A stretch of 64,000 nucleotides of DNA from the human T2T-CHM13v2.0 reference genome, Homo sapiens. The notes under the pieces were generated by a model, which searched no databases, had not been told where the DNA came from, and saw only the letters and a list, made by a program, of their open reading frames with translations. The position numbers and the translations under genes were made by a program. The stretch lies in NCBI RefSeq assembly GCF_009914755.1, contig NC_060939.1; one strand, 5' to 3'. Below, piece by piece: positions 45,505-64,000 of this stretch. Each line of letters starts with the position of its first letter. Position 1 is the first letter of the stretch.

Positions 45505-45746
45505 CTTCTTTTTTTTTTTTTTTTTGAGATGGAGTCTCGCTCTGTCACCCAGGCTGGAGTGCAGTCATCTCAGCTCACTGCATCCTCCACCTCCCAGGTT
45601 CAAACAATTCTCCTATACAGGTGTGTGCCACCACGTCTGGCCAATTTTTGTATTTTTAGTAGAGACAGGGTTTCGCCGTGTTGGCCAGGCTGGTCTCAAT
45701 CTCCTGACCTCAGGAGGATTACAGGCTTGAGCCACAGTGTCCAGCC
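45505..45746 (-). mobile_element. AluS with internal deletions
   Basis: TSD TAAACAGCTACTT. Confidence 0.9.
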
Positions 45747-46472
45747 TAAACAGCTACTTTTGAATGCTTTAATTTCCTGAATAGTCTCAACCCAGTTTTT
45801 CCTTGAGGTCTTAGGTGGTCCATTGTATGTCTCCACCCATAGTTGCTTGCCCCAGGCATCTGTGGGTCTGTGGTACCACTGCAGCTTTCACCACCTGTAG
45901 CTGCCACCTTTCCCTATCTGAGATCCAGGTTAGGTGAGAGAGATCATTCCTTCACGCAGTCCCATGACAGGTTGGAACATTTCAAATAAGGTCTGTTCTG
46001 CTCCTCTGGTTGAAGGGAGAAAATTGGGAACCGGTTTCCCACCTTCTACAAACCAAGATCTCATGTTGCCACGGGAGTGGCAGGGCAAGTGCAAGTGAAA
46101 ATGCCATACAATTTTCTACCATTTTGAACGCGGGTTTTTCTTCAATGGTCATTTGCTTGGTTGCTGTAGGCCTTTCACTGTTTTCCAGAGCTCCCATAAG
46201 ATTACTTTAGCCAGTTTTTTGTTCTTTCCTGATGCTTCCCTGGCAGAGTAAGGGTTGGAACTTCCACCATTTTGCTGATTCATAACTCTGTAGTCAGTTT
46301 TAAATATATTGATACTTGAGTTTGTTTTATGGCCCAGAATATGGTCTTGGTAAATGTTTCACATATACTCAGAAAGAATGTGTATTCTGATGTTGTTACA
46401 TGGGCTGTTCTATAAATGTTACTTAAGGTGGTTAATAATGTTGCTCAAGTCTTCTATATTCTTGCTGATTTT

Positions 46473-49029
<2,557 letters not shown>

Positions 49030-49192
49030 CTATTTACTGTACATTTATTCCACCAGTGACTAAAACAGGTGTATCAATAAAATCTGTTCCCTCAGGTTTT
49101 GCTTCAGGTATTTTGAGGGTCTGTTATCAGGTGCATAAACAAGATTGTTATGTCCTATTCTTAAATTAATCTCCTTATAATTATGAAGTTAA

Positions 49193-49492
49193 TTTTTTTT
49201 TTCTTGAGATGCAGTTTTGCTCTGTCGCCCAGGCTGGAGTGCAGTGGCACAATCTCGGCTCAGTGCAACCTCTGCCTCCTGGGTTCAAGCATTTCTTTGC
49301 CTCAGCCTCCCGAGTAGCTGGGGTTACAGGTACCTGCCACCACGCCCGGCTAATTTTTTTGTATTTTTAGTAGAGATGGGGTTTCACCATCTTGGCCAAG
49401 CTGGTCTTGAACTCCTGAACTCTTGATCCACCCACCTTGGCCTCCCAAGGTGCTGGGATTACAGGTGTGAGCCACTGTGCCTGGACCTGGCC
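49193..49492 (-). mobile_element. AluS
   Basis: Antisense full-length Alu. Confidence 0.9.
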
Positions 49493-49830
49493 CGAAGTAA
49501 ACTTCTTTACCCTTGCTAATGATCTTTGCTCTGAAGCATGCTTTGCTGGTATTAATATAGTCATTCCTTCTTTCTTTGATTCATGTTTGCAGGGTATATC
49601 TGTTTCCATTCTTTTACTTTTAACCTATTGTCTTTATATTTAAAGTGCATTTCTTGTAAGTATAATTGGTTTCTTAAAATCCAATTATCTGCCTTTTAAA
49701 TGTCATTTTTATATGATTTGCATAAATATGATTATTATTACAGCTAAATTGAAATCTGTCATCTTGCTATTTGGTTTCTATTTATCCCATTTTTTTCCCC
49801 TCTTTTTTTGCTTTCCTTGAGATTGAACAT

Positions 49831-50295
49831 TGTATTAGTTTTCTAGGGTTGCTGTAAGAAAGTGACATAAAGTGGATGGCTTAAAACAACAGAAATTTAT
49901 TGTTTCAGTTTGGAGGCTAGTCATCTGAAACCAAGGTGTCATCAGGGCCGTATTCTCTCTGAAACCTGTAGGGAAGAATTCTTTCCTGCCTGTTCTAGCT
50001 TCTAGCATTTTCCAGCAATTCTTGGCATTCCTTTGCTTGTAGATGTATCCCTCCAATCTCTGCCTCTATCATAACATAGCCATCTTCTCCCTTTATCTGT
50101 CTATTCTTCTCATCTTATAAGAACATTAATTACTGAATTGGGGCCCAGCATAGATTAGGCCTAATCTCATCTTGAATAGGTTACATCTGCCAAAGATTCT
50201 TCTTCCAAATAAGATCACTTTTACAGCTTTTACAGGTACTGAGAGTTAGAACCTCAATATATCCTTTGGTGGGGACCGACCTCTTACCCATAAAA
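49831..50295 (-). mobile_element. MaLR LTR (MLT1C-like)
   Basis: TGTATTAGTTTTCTAGGGTTGCTG...GGCTTAAAACAACAGAAATTTATT. Confidence 0.85.
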
Positions 50296-50345
50296 AGTAT
50301 TTTATATGATTCCATTTTATCTCCTTTTTAGGTTATTAACTACAA

Positions 50346-50640
50346 TTTTTTTTTCTTTTTTTTGAGATGGAGTTTTGCTCTTGTAGCCCAGGCTGGAGCG
50401 CGATTTTGGCTCACTGAAACCTCTGCCTCCCGGGTTCAAGTGATTGTCCTGCCTCAGCCTCCTGAGTAGCTGGGATTACAGGCATGTGCCACCGTGCCTG
50501 GCCAATTTTTGTATTTTTAGTAGAAACAGGGTTTCACCATGTTGGCTAGGGTGGGTCTCAAATTCCTGACCTTAGGTGATCCACCCACCTCGGCCTCCCA
50601 AAGTGCTGGGATTACAGGCGAGAGCCACCACGCCTGGCTT
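50346..50640 (-). mobile_element. AluSp/Sq-like
   Basis: GAGTTTTGCTCTTGT; TSD TA(C/T)AATTTTTT. Confidence 0.9.
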
Positions 50641-51284
50641 TATAATTTTTTTTTAATTCAGTGGATGTTTTAGGGTTTATAGTATACATCTTTATCACAG
50701 TCTAGCTCCAAGTGATATATCCCTTTATGTATAGTACATGACCCTTACAGTAGTGCATTTCCATTTTTCCTCTCTGGCATTTAGGCTATTGCACACACAT
50801 ACACTCAATTCATCCCTTTGTGTAGATCCGTATTTCCAGCTGCTATCTTTTGCTTCTGTCTGAAATATATGTATGATTTCTTTTATGACTATTTTGAGAA
50901 ATTTGGTTATGTGCATTTGTCTATTTTTCTTATGTACTTTTAGCTCATCAATCTTAAGTCTGTGAGTTTATAGTTTTTAAAAACAAATTTGAAATTATTT
51001 GGCTATTATTTCCTCAAATATTTTTTTCTGCCGCCCCTGCTTTCCCTTTCCTTAGGGATCTCTGATTTCCACCTATATTACTCTGATTGAAGTTGTTCCA
51101 CGTCTCTTTTGAAAATCTCTGAAAAATCTTTTATCATTTGGATAATCTGTATTTGTACATCTTCAAGTACATTAATATTTTCTTTTGCAATGTTTAATCT
51201 GCTGTTAATCCCATGTAGTGGATTCTTCATCTCAGGTATTGCTGTTTTAATCTCTAGAAATTCCATTGAAGTCTTACTTGATGA

Positions 51285-51520
51285 AAAAGGCAGATAAAAA
51301 CAAATGTTGGCAAAGATATGGAGAAATCAGAATCTGCACACACTGATGATGGGAATGTAAAATGGTCAAGGCAATTTGGAAAGCAGTCTGGCAGTTTCTC
51401 AAAAGGCTAAACGTAGTTCCCATATGACAGCAATCATTCATCTAGGTATATACTCCAGAGAAATAAAAACATATCCACACCAGAACTTGAACATTAATTT
51501 TCATAGCAACATTATTCCTA
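51285..51520 (+). mobile_element. Old L1M ORF2 3' fragment
   Basis: AAATGTTGGCAAAGATATGGAGAAATCAGAA...TTTGGAAAGCAGTCTGGCAGTTTCTCAAAAGG. Confidence 0.8.
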
Positions 51521-51544
51521 GGGGTTTAAAATTTTTTACATTAT

Positions 51545-51625
51545 TTTTATTTAAAATAGAGACAGGGTCTCACTACGTTGCATAGGCTGGTCTGGAACTC
51601 CTGGAATTAAGCATTCCTCCTGCCT
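51545..51625 (-). mobile_element. FLAM/AluJ monomer fragment
   Basis: AGAGACAGGGTCTCACTACGTTGCATAGGCTGGTCTGGAACTCCTGG. Confidence 0.75.
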
Positions 51626-51649
51626 TTGTCCTGTTTTCTCCACTGGAAA

Positions 51650-56570
<4,921 letters not shown>

Positions 56571-57939
56571 GATATCCAATGTACACCAGAAACTTTGCTA
56601 ATTCCACAGTAAATGTTAGAAATGGGTTTTTATTGATAAAATCAGTGGCTTGCTAATTAGTATGTTAGAAGCTGGCTTGCATTGGTGAAGTTGAGGGTAT
56701 TCGATATACGTATCCCGGCTAAAATACTTCTAAAGAACCTCTCCAGCTTTGCAAGAATAGAGTATAGGAATCTGAGGAGGCCTTTAACATGGCCCTCAGA
56801 AAGGACACACAGGGCTTGACCTCTAAACATATAAACATATACAGAAACGAGGTCAGAACATGTTTTGACTGATGCCAGTAGTAACACAGCAGAGCCTATT
56901 GCTGGTCACTGTTACCAATACCTTGTGTAATAAACCTTTCATTTAAATTGAGAGGTTGTAAGCCCCGAAAAAGCAAAGGGCTTACAGTACCTCTTGCCTG
57001 AACACTCCTGTGTGTGCTTTCTAAGAAATGCTTTTAAAATAATGCCTGTGGCACAAATTGATTTGACACTGGCTCTCTTTATAAGCTGCTATCAAGGTTG
57101 TGGGGAATAGCTAACTCTTACCCACTTTCCCTGACAAATAGGAACCCGTAGTTACCTACCAAAAGTATGTAAAAGCTATATCCGACCCAAAGGCCAGTTA
57201 GGTCAAAACACCTTGAAAGGAGCTCAGTTTAAGGAAATCAGTGGTGTCACAGTGCCCCACTAGCATGTAAAAGTTTTCATAGTTTGACTATCGGATGTGC
57301 TTAGTTTCACAGCTGAGTCTTACCTTGTGATACTTTTAGAGCAAAAGTCAAATCAAAGATGATTTAAAAAAACATTTCAAAGATTCATAAAGAATAAATG
57401 CCTCCTCAGGAAGTCTTCTGGAGTTCTGCCCACTTCCCTTAGGTGGCTCTTTACTGTGCCCATCTCATAGCCTGTCTCCTTCCACTTGGTGTATTGCAGA
57501 GTAAAGCTCACTGTTTACAGGGGTGGTAGAAAGTGTGGTCCTTTCCCAGACTCCTTTTTCCCTTCCTCTTCTCATTTTTCAGAAGATGTGTTTGATAATA
57601 AACGAAACAAAATGACTAACACATTGAGCTGAGCTACATAAGCAGATGTCAGTTTGACGTGAAGAGTTTAAAAGATCTATGCATTATCTGGGGACTCCTC
57701 CCCCAGACCTGAAGGATCAGGTGCTGCCTTCTATGCCACCTGTGCAGACAGCAAAAGAGGAAAACCATACCCACGTTCAGTATGAACAAAGGGGACATTT
57801 GAACTCTGTGTGGACCCCTCATTGGAAGGGTGTTTCTTCTCCTGCTGCATCCACAAAGAGCACTCCTTAGCCTTGCCTTTTGTCAGTTCTCTCTCCAATA
57901 AGGCTTGAGCAGAGACAACCCAGTGCAGTTCAGAGAGAC

Positions 57940-58050
57940 TGAAGTCTGGTGTTCCAGGTCTGAGTCCTAGCTCTAGCTCTCTGTGTAACTTTGGGATGTC
58001 CCAAAGTAACTTTTCACAACTTGATAGGTGTTAACTTGAATTTTGGATAC
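57940..58050 (+). mobile_element. MIR-like fragment
   Basis: GGTCTGAGTCCTAGCTCT...CTGTGTAACTTTGGGA resembles the MIR core. Confidence 0.5.
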
Positions 58051-60429
58051 AGGTGACTCTTAGCCCATCCCCTCTCTGTGCTTCAGATATGTCATCACTT
58101 GGGCCATATGACCTCTGGACACCTTTCCTACTTTCCACAATTTCAGAGCAGCAGAGCAGACTGGAGCTCCTGCTGCCTCTGAGCTTCAGTGAATTATCAC
58201 TCGTTGGAGGGAAGCTTCAAGCATTTTGTTATCTTTCAAGAGCAAACACAGTGTCTGTCAGCAAGAATATGTAGCAGATGCTAGTGAACAGCAGTGATTA
58301 GGGTTGAATGCTGGATTTAAATATGGAGCTTAGGCTGTGAAGGAAGCCTGAAGAACCTAGAGCCCCATGAAGCTGCCCTCTGTGAGATCTGACACCATTT
58401 CCCACTGATGAGCCATGGGTCTAATGGGTAGCACTGATTCCACATACAGTATGTGAGTGCAATACAGTGAAAGCAAAGAGAATAAAATGATGGCTAACAT
58501 GATGTTCCAAACTTTAAACAGGAGAAAAACACACAATTCCATTATGTATAAGAACCCACACAGAGATCAGGAGAATAACCTCATTGGAGAATGAATGACC
58601 TGTGTGGGGAATTTAGGGTAGAGTTGAGATTGAAAAAATGGGCCGAAGTCAGGTGGCCAAGGGCCTTAATACCTTGTATACAAGATGTGTAGTCAAGGAA
58701 GACCATGCCTTACTTATGCATCAATTCCCTTGGGCCTACAAAGAGCTGCCTAGCCTGGGACTGTTGTAGAGAAAAGCTACAGTGTTCCAATGACACAGGG
58801 ACTCCTCCATGTATGTATGAGTGCCCAGCTGGCTCTGTAATAAATCTTATTTTTATTTATTAACTTTTCTTGTGCATTGGCTTGATGCATCAGTTGGAAG
58901 TCAGAGGCCAAACGAAGTGAACACTGAGCCAAAGGAAGTTCTCAGCCTTTAGGGAGGCAGAATTCACTTTAAACACAATAAACAAATGAACTCACATTAT
59001 ACAGGAGAGAGTCAGAAGATCCCAGTGGCTGGTGTCATCGGGCCATATTTGCCCGAAGTGCCTATTCCTTATAGGAACCCACTCCCAGGGCTGATGGGCT
59101 ACATCCTTAGGAGGCTTTATGCCTATGTTCTCCTGACCACTGGCTCCTCCAGGGCTGGCCTTTTTTAGTCTCTCTGTAGAGGTTCCTGTAGCTGGTTGGA
59201 TATAGGCTTTCACAGAAGGGTCAGTGCCTTGGGTCAGGTTACAGGACTGTTAATCTTGCTTTGTTAAGAGTAATGTTATTTCCCCATTTCCAAATTCTCC
59301 AGGGAGATGGAATGTCAAAGATAGTATGACTGTAGCACCTAAATCCTGGGTTCCAGAAGCAGAGAAGAGAATATACTGAAGCTGTAGAAAGGCCTATTAG
59401 TCCATGTCAGAGATTAACTGGATGCGAGGACCATTTCTGGGATGGTGTATACAGAACTGGAGAACTGGATAGGGAGTCAGAAACAAAGAGCTGAAGATGA
59501 TGCCTTTGAAGTTTCCAACGTGGATAACTAGGTCAACAGAATATTACTCAAGAAAGTATTAACATAGGATTGAGATGCAGTCAGTAGTAATGGAATTGAA
59601 ATTTCAAAGTATATACCTCATGGATCTCAGGGGGTGTTGAGCTGATCACCTGGGCTAACACTCCTATGACCCTGGGGAAAATCAAATGACCTGGTACTGT
59701 AGCCATGGTAGGGGTGTCATCACCTTAATCCAACTGGGACAGTGCTGTTTGATATTCATCTGGAACTTGGTGCAGACCCACATTTTGCTGGGTTTCACCA
59801 CAACCAAGGCTTTTTTGATTCTTTTCTCTTTTAACATCAGTACATCACTGCAAAGTTAATCCTCATATAATAGGAGATGAAACTAATTGCTTATAAAAAC
59901 AAGATTTTTACAACACTAAAATTGTTCAAGCATATGGGCATATTTATAGTTGCAGGCAGTGTTTCAGATGCAGACTGTTCTTGGCTGCAGTGGTTGTTTA
60001 CAGGCAGCATCTGTTCTGATTAAATATTTGATGATTATCCCCGAATGTTTTAAAGCATAGTACTGGGCTCTGCTGACTGTACAACAAACTGGCATTTTTG
60101 ACCTATAGGGCACTGGGCTAGGAGATACAGTTCTGAGGGAAGTGAAAGATAGTTAACAACTGCACAACTGACCCTTTATTAGTTGCAATAAAGCAATCCA
60201 ACCACCCAACCCACTGTGATGGCTTTCCTACTATTTAAGGTTGGTGGTGTCAAAGAGACACCCTCCTGTACAGTGTGCAGTGAATCAACATCATTTCCAC
60301 AAAACCTCCTTCCTGCACAAAGGAATTATCATACTTTGTTACGAAGTAAAATTTTCCTGTATCAGTCACAGGAGTTCACCAGTTAAGATACTGTTAGTTG
60401 AAGACTTCTGGGGTGACTTAATGAAATAG

Positions 60430-60790
60430 CTCAGCCATCTGGTTTAAAAACTGGATTCTTCTATCCCTCCACACAGCTGTCCATGCACCTGCATCATCTC
60501 AAGGCTGGTCTCCCTGGTGGTAGAAAGGCTGACAGTAAAAACTGGAGCCACATGATTCCTTGCTTAGGCAGTGTTTCTTCATACTCTCACATGAGAGCAG
60601 GCATGTTCTTTCCCTAGGCTCACAGTAAACACTCTGTCAAATCTCACAGGCCCAAAGTGCTTTTGGTTATCCCCATTCCAAGCCAATCTGTGGCATGGAA
60701 GATAGCATTACCCTGACTGCCTTAGACTAATATACCTACTCCACTTCTGGGGCTGGGAATAATTTTGAGGTCAACCATCCAAACTGCATG
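60430..60790. mobile_element. Old MaLR LTR fragment (MLT1J/K/L-like)
   Basis: CATCATCTCAAGGCTGGTCTCCCTGGTGG...AGCCAATCTGTGGC pattern. Confidence 0.4.
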
Positions 60791-63700
60791 ACAGCCATTC
60801 CATGGAAGAGGTATGGCCTAAATCTTTGGGGCAACCTGAATTCATGAAAACTCTCTTAGATTTATGTAACTATTTTTAGAATTCACTTCTGTATCATTTA
60901 ATTTTACTAATAAAAATACCACCTTTACCCTAAATGTCAGCCAAGCGTAAGGCTCCGTTGGGACAGAAGGAACTATCAAAGCTTTGTGTTTTTATACATT
61001 AGCAGCATTTGACAAAGAAATAACTCTGAAGGAAGGAGAATAACCAGGCAGAGTCTAGATGCATGGAAAAGAAGTCTTTGAGAAGGCTTCGCAGGCTGAA
61101 GGAAAGGGCAGGACTACTTCAGGAATACAATGTTTAAGTAAAAGAGGTTGGGGTCTGTTGATCTTGAGGAGAGATGAGGATGGACTGGAAAATAGGAGTG
61201 AGATATAGTAGGAGAGGAAAGGATATGGATGATGTATATACTGTATGGGTAACCATCAGTCGACCCTAAGAAGATAATAGTTGTTAAATGGTTAGCTATT
61301 TAATGAAAGAAACCTGAACAAGTAATAATCTTGAGTTGCAAAGTGGCTGGAGTCACACAACAGACTAAATTTCTGGTAGAACAAATCCAGCAGCTTATGT
61401 GAAGGTTACCATGTCTGAAGCTGGATAGAAAAGGTCTAACTTCCAACCAAAGTCACAGTTCTTGAGCTCGGTACACAGAGACAGACTGCTAACAGCTGAT
61501 GTGTCCTCAGCGAGAGTGTCCTCATTTATATCCTCGTTCTCTTCTGCCTCCTTTTTTTGTTTTAAACTTTTGGGAAGTCTCATCATTCAATACAGTTCTA
61601 ATATATCACAATAACAGAGGCGGCCCAATTTCTACAAATTGACTAATTCTATCCCTGAAAAGTTCATACAATAAAACTATACAAAGCATCATTTTCAACC
61701 ATCCTATAGAAAAATTTCCCTATTAAATTTTAACTCTAAATCCTCTATCTCTGTTAATAACCTTACTAAAAACTTCCCCATCACTGCCTGCCAGGGAGAT
61801 CAAAAGAAACCAAATTTAAGAAACCTCCAACACCTGTACCTGACTGAAAAGCAAACATACAGACCTTTCAGTCCTGCCCCTACTATTCAGCTCCTATCAC
61901 AGAGACATGGTGGATGTCCCCTTGGGAAGCGGATAGCTCTTAGGTGGAAGCTAGGCCTGCAATAAGCAGGCCAGGAAACATGTCTCCCAGGCCCCATACT
62001 CTTGGCAGAAGCACTTGGCCACCAGACAGCATGTCCTGTCAACCTACAGAGTTCTTAAAAACAAACACTGGGACCCAGAATAGTACCCTGTGGTTATAGT
62101 GCCCACAGTTCACTAAGCACCCTCACAGGTCTTTGACAGAACACTGACTGCCAGGTCACCTGGTGGGCAGAGAAATGGAAGATTCCCAGGCCCAACTAGC
62201 ATCTCAGGGAAGAACCACAAGCAGAGCAACTTTCAGAGCTGGTCGGCCAGCGTTGGCACCCAGGGAAGCAAGTGCTATTCCATATTTGGAGAGAACATAA
62301 AACTCAAGGAAATAGAGAAGTCCTACTCAATACCGTTCTCAACTGAAAACAAGAGAACTTGCAAAAAAGAAACCCAGTTTTCTGGAGTCCATGGAGAAAT
62401 ATGAAGCCAATGCTCGGCTAACAGAGCAGAAAGCCTTTTATAAATAATGCCAGTCAAAGCTCCAAAGGTCAGAGCTGATGCATGCCGGATTGTTCTGACA
62501 ATTTCTTAGGTTTCTAGGCAACAAGGAGCTGGTCAAACAGCTCACCTCCAAGGACATACTTTATAATACCACCCTGGTAGACGAGAGCGAGGCAGCAGTG
62601 AAGGCAATAGTCAAGAACAGGAGAGGGAGGTAAAGAACAAGATGCTCTTCAGACAGTCTGGACAAAGACAGTCCCTACCCAGCTCTCAGGAGTTGCCTCC
62701 TTAAGAAGGTGGAGGCCCAGGCAGCTCCCAGGGTGACCCTAAAGACAGACTCCAAGGAAAAGGGTGTGAGGGCAATGGTGAATATAAGGAGGTCCCCTTT
62801 CAGTAGGCAGAGCAAGTCAGTTCAGGTCTTATTTTTAGAGTCTCTGAACAGTGAAGAGAAGCTTTCTGTGGACAGCATTCCACCACCATGGGAGGGGAAA
62901 GGTGCCATGAGAGACTTCTCCAGTGGGGCATACAAGCATTGTGCAGTGATCCCCAAGATCCAGCCACTGGCAGGAAATCGAAAGGCAAGCTTCTTAAATA
63001 CATAGTATATGGAGACAGAAGTGTGGAGCACTCCCAAAATGAAAGGCCAAGACCCAGGAACAACCTCCACAACCTGGAGTATATACAAATGAACCCAGCC
63101 CTGCTGACTCAGATCCACACCATCCTAAAGCAGGGGTTTCTCATGAATGAAAGGGCTAAGTATTTGGTGGAGAGAATGAGAAGTCTCCCACTGCCCACAC
63201 ATTTTTTCTTCAGAGATTTCTTTTCCAAGAGCCCCTTGAATAAAGGAAGGGAGGGAGCACTGAATGCCCCAGAAATCAGAATGCATGGTGCGGGAAGACG
63301 ACAGGAAATAGTTCTCAAAGAGATCAGAAAATAAATTGGAAGCAATTTCATTACCACAAAGAACAGACATTTTTTCTAAGGCACCCCTCCCCTTTCCACC
63401 CAATTGTCATTCAGCAACTACTGAATACTTACCAATGAAAAACGTTACCCCTGACCTCAAGGCTGCTCCTGAGCTCTGGTAGAAAATGCTTTCCTTGTCT
63501 ATAAAACATGGCAAGCAAGGCAGGATTTAACAGTAAGGGCACAGTAGCACTGCAAGCCTTCAAATGGAAACCTGGAGACAAGCAGTGAGAACAGGAAGCA
63601 AAAGCAGGGCAGGTGAAGCTAGGACCAGGGCATCTGGAACTTTCCACACAGGTTGGATCTCCATGCCAGACAACAGTTTTCAAGGAAAAATATCTAAGAG

Positions 63701-64000
63701 GAACATGACTTTGGGAAACTTTTTGGCAGTACTGCTTACTGTATACTAGAGAGTAAAAGAATTTGGGGAACATTCACCAATTTGCTTCTTCAGGGGCTTG
63801 GGTAGGGAACGTGAACAGGAACCTGGCTCTAATTTCTGAACTTTTTTATCAGTAAAAACAATCCAACAAACGAAAGCTAGTCAGTGAGAGAACTGGGAGG
63901 GTCTGCCCTCCTTCCCTGAGTCAAGCCTTCTGGGGGGACCTCCTGACATTTAATTAAGCAAAGACAACGCCCACTGAAGGAAGCTGACCTGAAAGTGACA

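Larger units (their letters stand above)
56575..64000 (+). pseudogene. Candidate fossil multi-exon gene encoding a ZPBP/Sp38-like type-I membrane protein (decayed)
   Basis: Colinear + strand remnants: Ig-like (56600-56713), Sp38-like YPRSV*TKGTFEL (57768-57806), CPKC...GTHS...DGLH (59050-59104), second Ig-like (59606-59857), hydrophobic VLIYILVLFCLLF (61518-61556), long stop-poor tail. Manual comparison with recalled ZPBP sequence only. Confidence 0.45.

Noticed and set aside
56679-56820. LVKLRVFDI as a leucine-rich repeat
   Set aside because: Single partial motif with no periodicity; the Ig reading in other frames fits neighbouring segments better.
58680-58925. Possible old LTR with AATAAA at about 58839
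   Set aside because: Family and termini could not be established by eye.
62888-63334. 148-aa ORF and overlapping neighbours as a functional CDS
   Set aside because: No recognisable domain or gene structure; treated only as a possible pseudogene remnant.

Overview
Human (primate) genomic DNA, identifiable as the distal end of the imprinted Prader-Willi/Angelman locus (15q11.2), inside the SNHG14/UBE3A-ATS host transcript (+ strand) between the end of the SNORD115 cluster and the 3' end of UBE3A. No UBE3A exons were recognised in the window. Layout: (1) 1-6.4 kb: the last, decayed SNORD115 repeat units, with host exons, SNORD115-46/-47/-48 and one further relic. (2) 11.4-18.4 kb: intact SNORD109B, embedded in what appears to be a fossil tandem array of SNORD109-like units. 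(3) 18.4-56.6 kb: an almost continuous, deeply nested L1/Alu/LTR block (+ strand L1s to about 36 kb, then mostly - strand). (4) 56.6-64 kb: repeat-poor DNA that on manual translation carries frameshifted + strand remnants resembling a ZPBP (Sp38)-like type-I membrane protein gene (Ig/Sp38/Cys-rich modules, TM segment, long tail). This is a candidate unitary pseudogene and needs a database check. No intact protein-coding gene is supported. Repeat subfamily names, snoRNA copy numbers and the ZPBP comparison rest on recalled sequences, not on searches.
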